The notes under the pieces are model-generated. The model saw only the letters and a list, made by a program, of their open reading frames with translations, had not been told where the DNA came from and searched no databases. Positions 61,731 to 64,000 of a stretch of DNA of 64,000 nt are shown one piece after another (position 1 is the stretch's first letter; each line of letters begins with the position of its first letter). This stretch comes from Alloascoidea hylecoeti (lineage: Eukaryota). The stretch is taken from assembly GCA_001600815.1 (NCBI GenBank), contig BCKZ01000002.1:62001-126000 (forward strand), in the 5' to 3' direction. A program made the translations under genes and the position numbers.

Positions 61731-62555
61731 TTAAGCTGTGACCTTACTCAAGTCGTATTTAAATTTATACAAGGAGGCAAGAATAGCTTCTGGAGTGACA
61801 CCATGTTTTGCTTGCATAAAGGTCCTAAATGTCAAAGGATCGGAGGGAGTTAATGAATCATGAACTTCTTTTTCAAATGGAAATAATTCTTTTAGAAGTT
61901 TTCTTCTTCCAACAATGACTTTGTGAGCTCGTTTTCCATATTTGGGGGATGCTGGAAGATCAAAGTAAACTTGGCGTTTTTCGATAGCACCATTGTTTTC
62001 CACATCAATGTATTCATTATTCTCCTGTTCCTTGGCCTTTTCTTTCTTTTTTAAGATCATATACCTTAACTTCCAACCTGTCATACCTAATTCTTTAATT
62101 CTTGAAGACTTATCCTTAACCAAATAATTATCTAAACCACCAACCTTATCCATCGTTCTGAGAACAGAAGATGCAACTCTTATACCCACTTTTCTATTTA
62201 GTGTCTCACTCCATAATTTCTTCTTGTAAATACTTGGTTCCCAACGTCTTCTTGTTTTTGCCTTTGATTCTGAAATGTTGTTACCATATCTGACTATCTT
62301 ACCACCGTATAAACCTTTATCAGATTGTTTGTAAATTCTAGCTTCACCATAAGGATATTCAGGAAAATTCACACCATGTCTTGGTATATGTCCTTTAAAT
62401 GTATCTCCGACTTTATAATCTGGCTTGACTTTCTGTCTTCGTGAAGTAATATGCGCATATTCCTTACTAACAATTGGCACAGTTGAAAAGCACCTGATCA
62501 TAGAAAGTGAAGTCATCACCGAAGTAAGCAAGTTCCTTCCTGGTTGAACTAACAT
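61731..62555 (-). CDS. MRPL24: Mitochondrial ribosomal protein bL28m
   Basis: FPEYPYGEARIYKQSDKGLYGG..YGNNISESKAKTRRRW and VLRTMDKVGGLDNYLVKDKSSRIKELG. Likely start ATG62555. Confidence 0.93.
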   Translation of the reverse strand: MLVQPGRNLLTSVMTSLSMIRCFSTVPIVSKEYAHITSRRQKVKPDYKVGDTFKGHIPRHGVNFPEYPYGEARIYKQSDKGLYGGKIVRYGNNISESKAKTRRRWEPSIYKKKLWSETLNRKVGIRVASSVLRTMDKVGGLDNYLVKDKSSRIKELGMTGWKLRYMILKKKEKAKEQENNEYIDVENNGAIEKRQVYFDLPASPKYGKRAHKVIVGRRKLLKELFPFEKEVHDSLTPSDPLTFRTFMQAKHGVTPEAILASLYKFKYDLSKVTA

Positions 62556-63606
62556 TTTAGTTTTGTATATCTCTGAATAAAATGTTGTTAGGATTTGTAA
62601 CCGAATTAAAGGCAACCCAATCTTTTGGTGAAGTGATTTATTGAAAGATTTAACTGGAGTTTATTTTCACGGCGAGCATAAATTACAATAACGCGCAACA
62701 GTTATGCTTATAAATGCACAAAAACATTTTGCGAATTAAGATTAACTCACAAACGACGTAAAACTTTGTATTATGTCGAAGTTTGACTCAATACGTCTCC
62801 AATCTTGTTATGGGGAAAACCAAAAGTTTTAACTCATCAAATCCACCATCACTATAAACCGATAAACCGATTAGCTCACGCTTGCACCAGTCATTAATTA
62901 AATTTCACAAAAAAGACAATACAAGCTTACCGGATTCAAAAGCTCCAATGACAGATAAACAACTGGGAAAATACCTAAAAGAACCAACCAACTAAGAATT
63001 GATAAAAGGATTTAAAGATGTAGAAAATAAAGAACTGTCAAAAATTCTATTAAATTAATTAGTAAACAATTTACATGAAAGATTAAAACCAAACTACTGG
63101 CTGACAACGTATCGGGATCTAAAAGATGAATACTGAAACAAATGGTGGAACCACATTAAAAGTTCTTACAAAAGAGATCGATCCAGAAGAAACACAATGG
63201 GTTCACCTTTTCAGCCTAACGATACGTAGCACATTAAATTCAAAAGAAAAAAGAATCAAGTTTAAACTCATGGTCAACATTATGATACCAAAATCGAAGC
63301 TACAACTGCAAAATGGTAATCTATAATTGTTATAATAATTATATTCTATTTACTAGTTAAAATGATTGATGCAAAGTTTACAGTCAACTATATAAAACTT
63401 AAATGATGAAATGTTCATGATATTTGATCTTAAAAATAGATATCAATATGCACAATATAATTATACAAGGCTCCTTACAATTAACTGTCAAAATATAATA
63501 AAATAAACTTCTTATATATAAGTAATCTGTATAAACATAAATATAAATCAGACACAAAATCATCTCTTAATAGCTGCTCTAATGATAAAAAGATATCTAT
63601 CTGTAC

Positions 63607-64000
63607 TTATTCAGCTAGAGCATGTTTCAGATGTGTCCACTTCTCCAATAATTGAGCGTGTGATTCAGTTTTTTCATGTAGTTCAGTTTTAGCTAGATCC
63701 ATTTCAGCTTCCAATTTAGCCAATTTCTCTTCTAAAATTCTATTTGTTTCCATTACTTCTGCATTTCTCTTCATTGTTTGGGTGATTTCTTCCTGGACTT
63801 CTTTTTTCATTTCCTTTGTATCTTTCTCATGATCTTTTTCAAGAGTTCCTTTCTCTTTAATCAAAGTATCTACTTGGACCCTTAAGTTTCTATTTTCTTC
63901 TTGCAATTCTTTATTTTCATCTGCTAGACTTGCAATTTGAACTTTACCTTGAACCATTTCATTTGCAACTTCAATGTGCTCCCGATTTATCATTGCTAAA
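63607..64000 (-). CDS. C-terminal part of a coiled-coil protein, probably continuing beyond the window
   Basis: Heptad-rich E/K/L ORF whose frame stays open to the window edge. Confidence 0.6.
   Translation of the reverse strand, partial: LAMINREHIEVANEMVQGKVQIASLADENKELQEENRNLRVQVDTLIKEKGTLEKDHEKDTKEMKKEVQEEITQTMKRNAEVMETNRILEEKLAKLEAEMDLAKTELHEKTESHAQLLEKWTHLKHALAE

Noticed and set aside
1..64000. tRNA, rRNA or CRISPR arrays
   Set aside because: No cloverleaf with A/B boxes, rRNA-like sequence or regularly spaced repeats seen by eye; tRNAscan-SE would be needed to exclude tRNAs formally.

Overview
AT-rich fungal genomic DNA from an intron-rich budding yeast (Saccharomycotina; the lineage is inferred from gene content such as VHR1, PET117, NSG and ECL1 and from short degenerate introns). 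About 27 protein-coding genes are present, nine of them spliced, with 18 introns reconstructed by hand. In order: expansin-like DPBB protein, NSG/INSIG, WSS1, SreA/Sfu1-type GATA factor, F-box protein, IGO1/endosulfine, class I chitin synthase, ERS1/cystinosin, an 8-Cys GPI protein, VHR1, a divergent CDC20-like gene, THO1, a BCAS3-like propeller, FCY2, DFG10, CEM1, SYG1, NEO1, MMF1, PET117, TOM20 with a long acidic tail, YCK, ECL1, an unknown mitochondrial protein, RPL36, MRPL24 and a partial coiled-coil gene. Features the ORF track does not show: a decayed Tc1/mariner transposase (about 1.8-2.75 kb), two MITE-like long inverted repeats (5.2-5.5 kb and 7.76-7.97 kb), a nested hairpin upstream of the GATA factor, recurrent CACGTG and TGACT promoter motifs, a recurring 14-bp palindrome, and deep microsynteny with S. 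cerevisiae blocks. No tRNA, rRNA or CRISPR array was recognised. I did not find a clearly novel multi-gene system.
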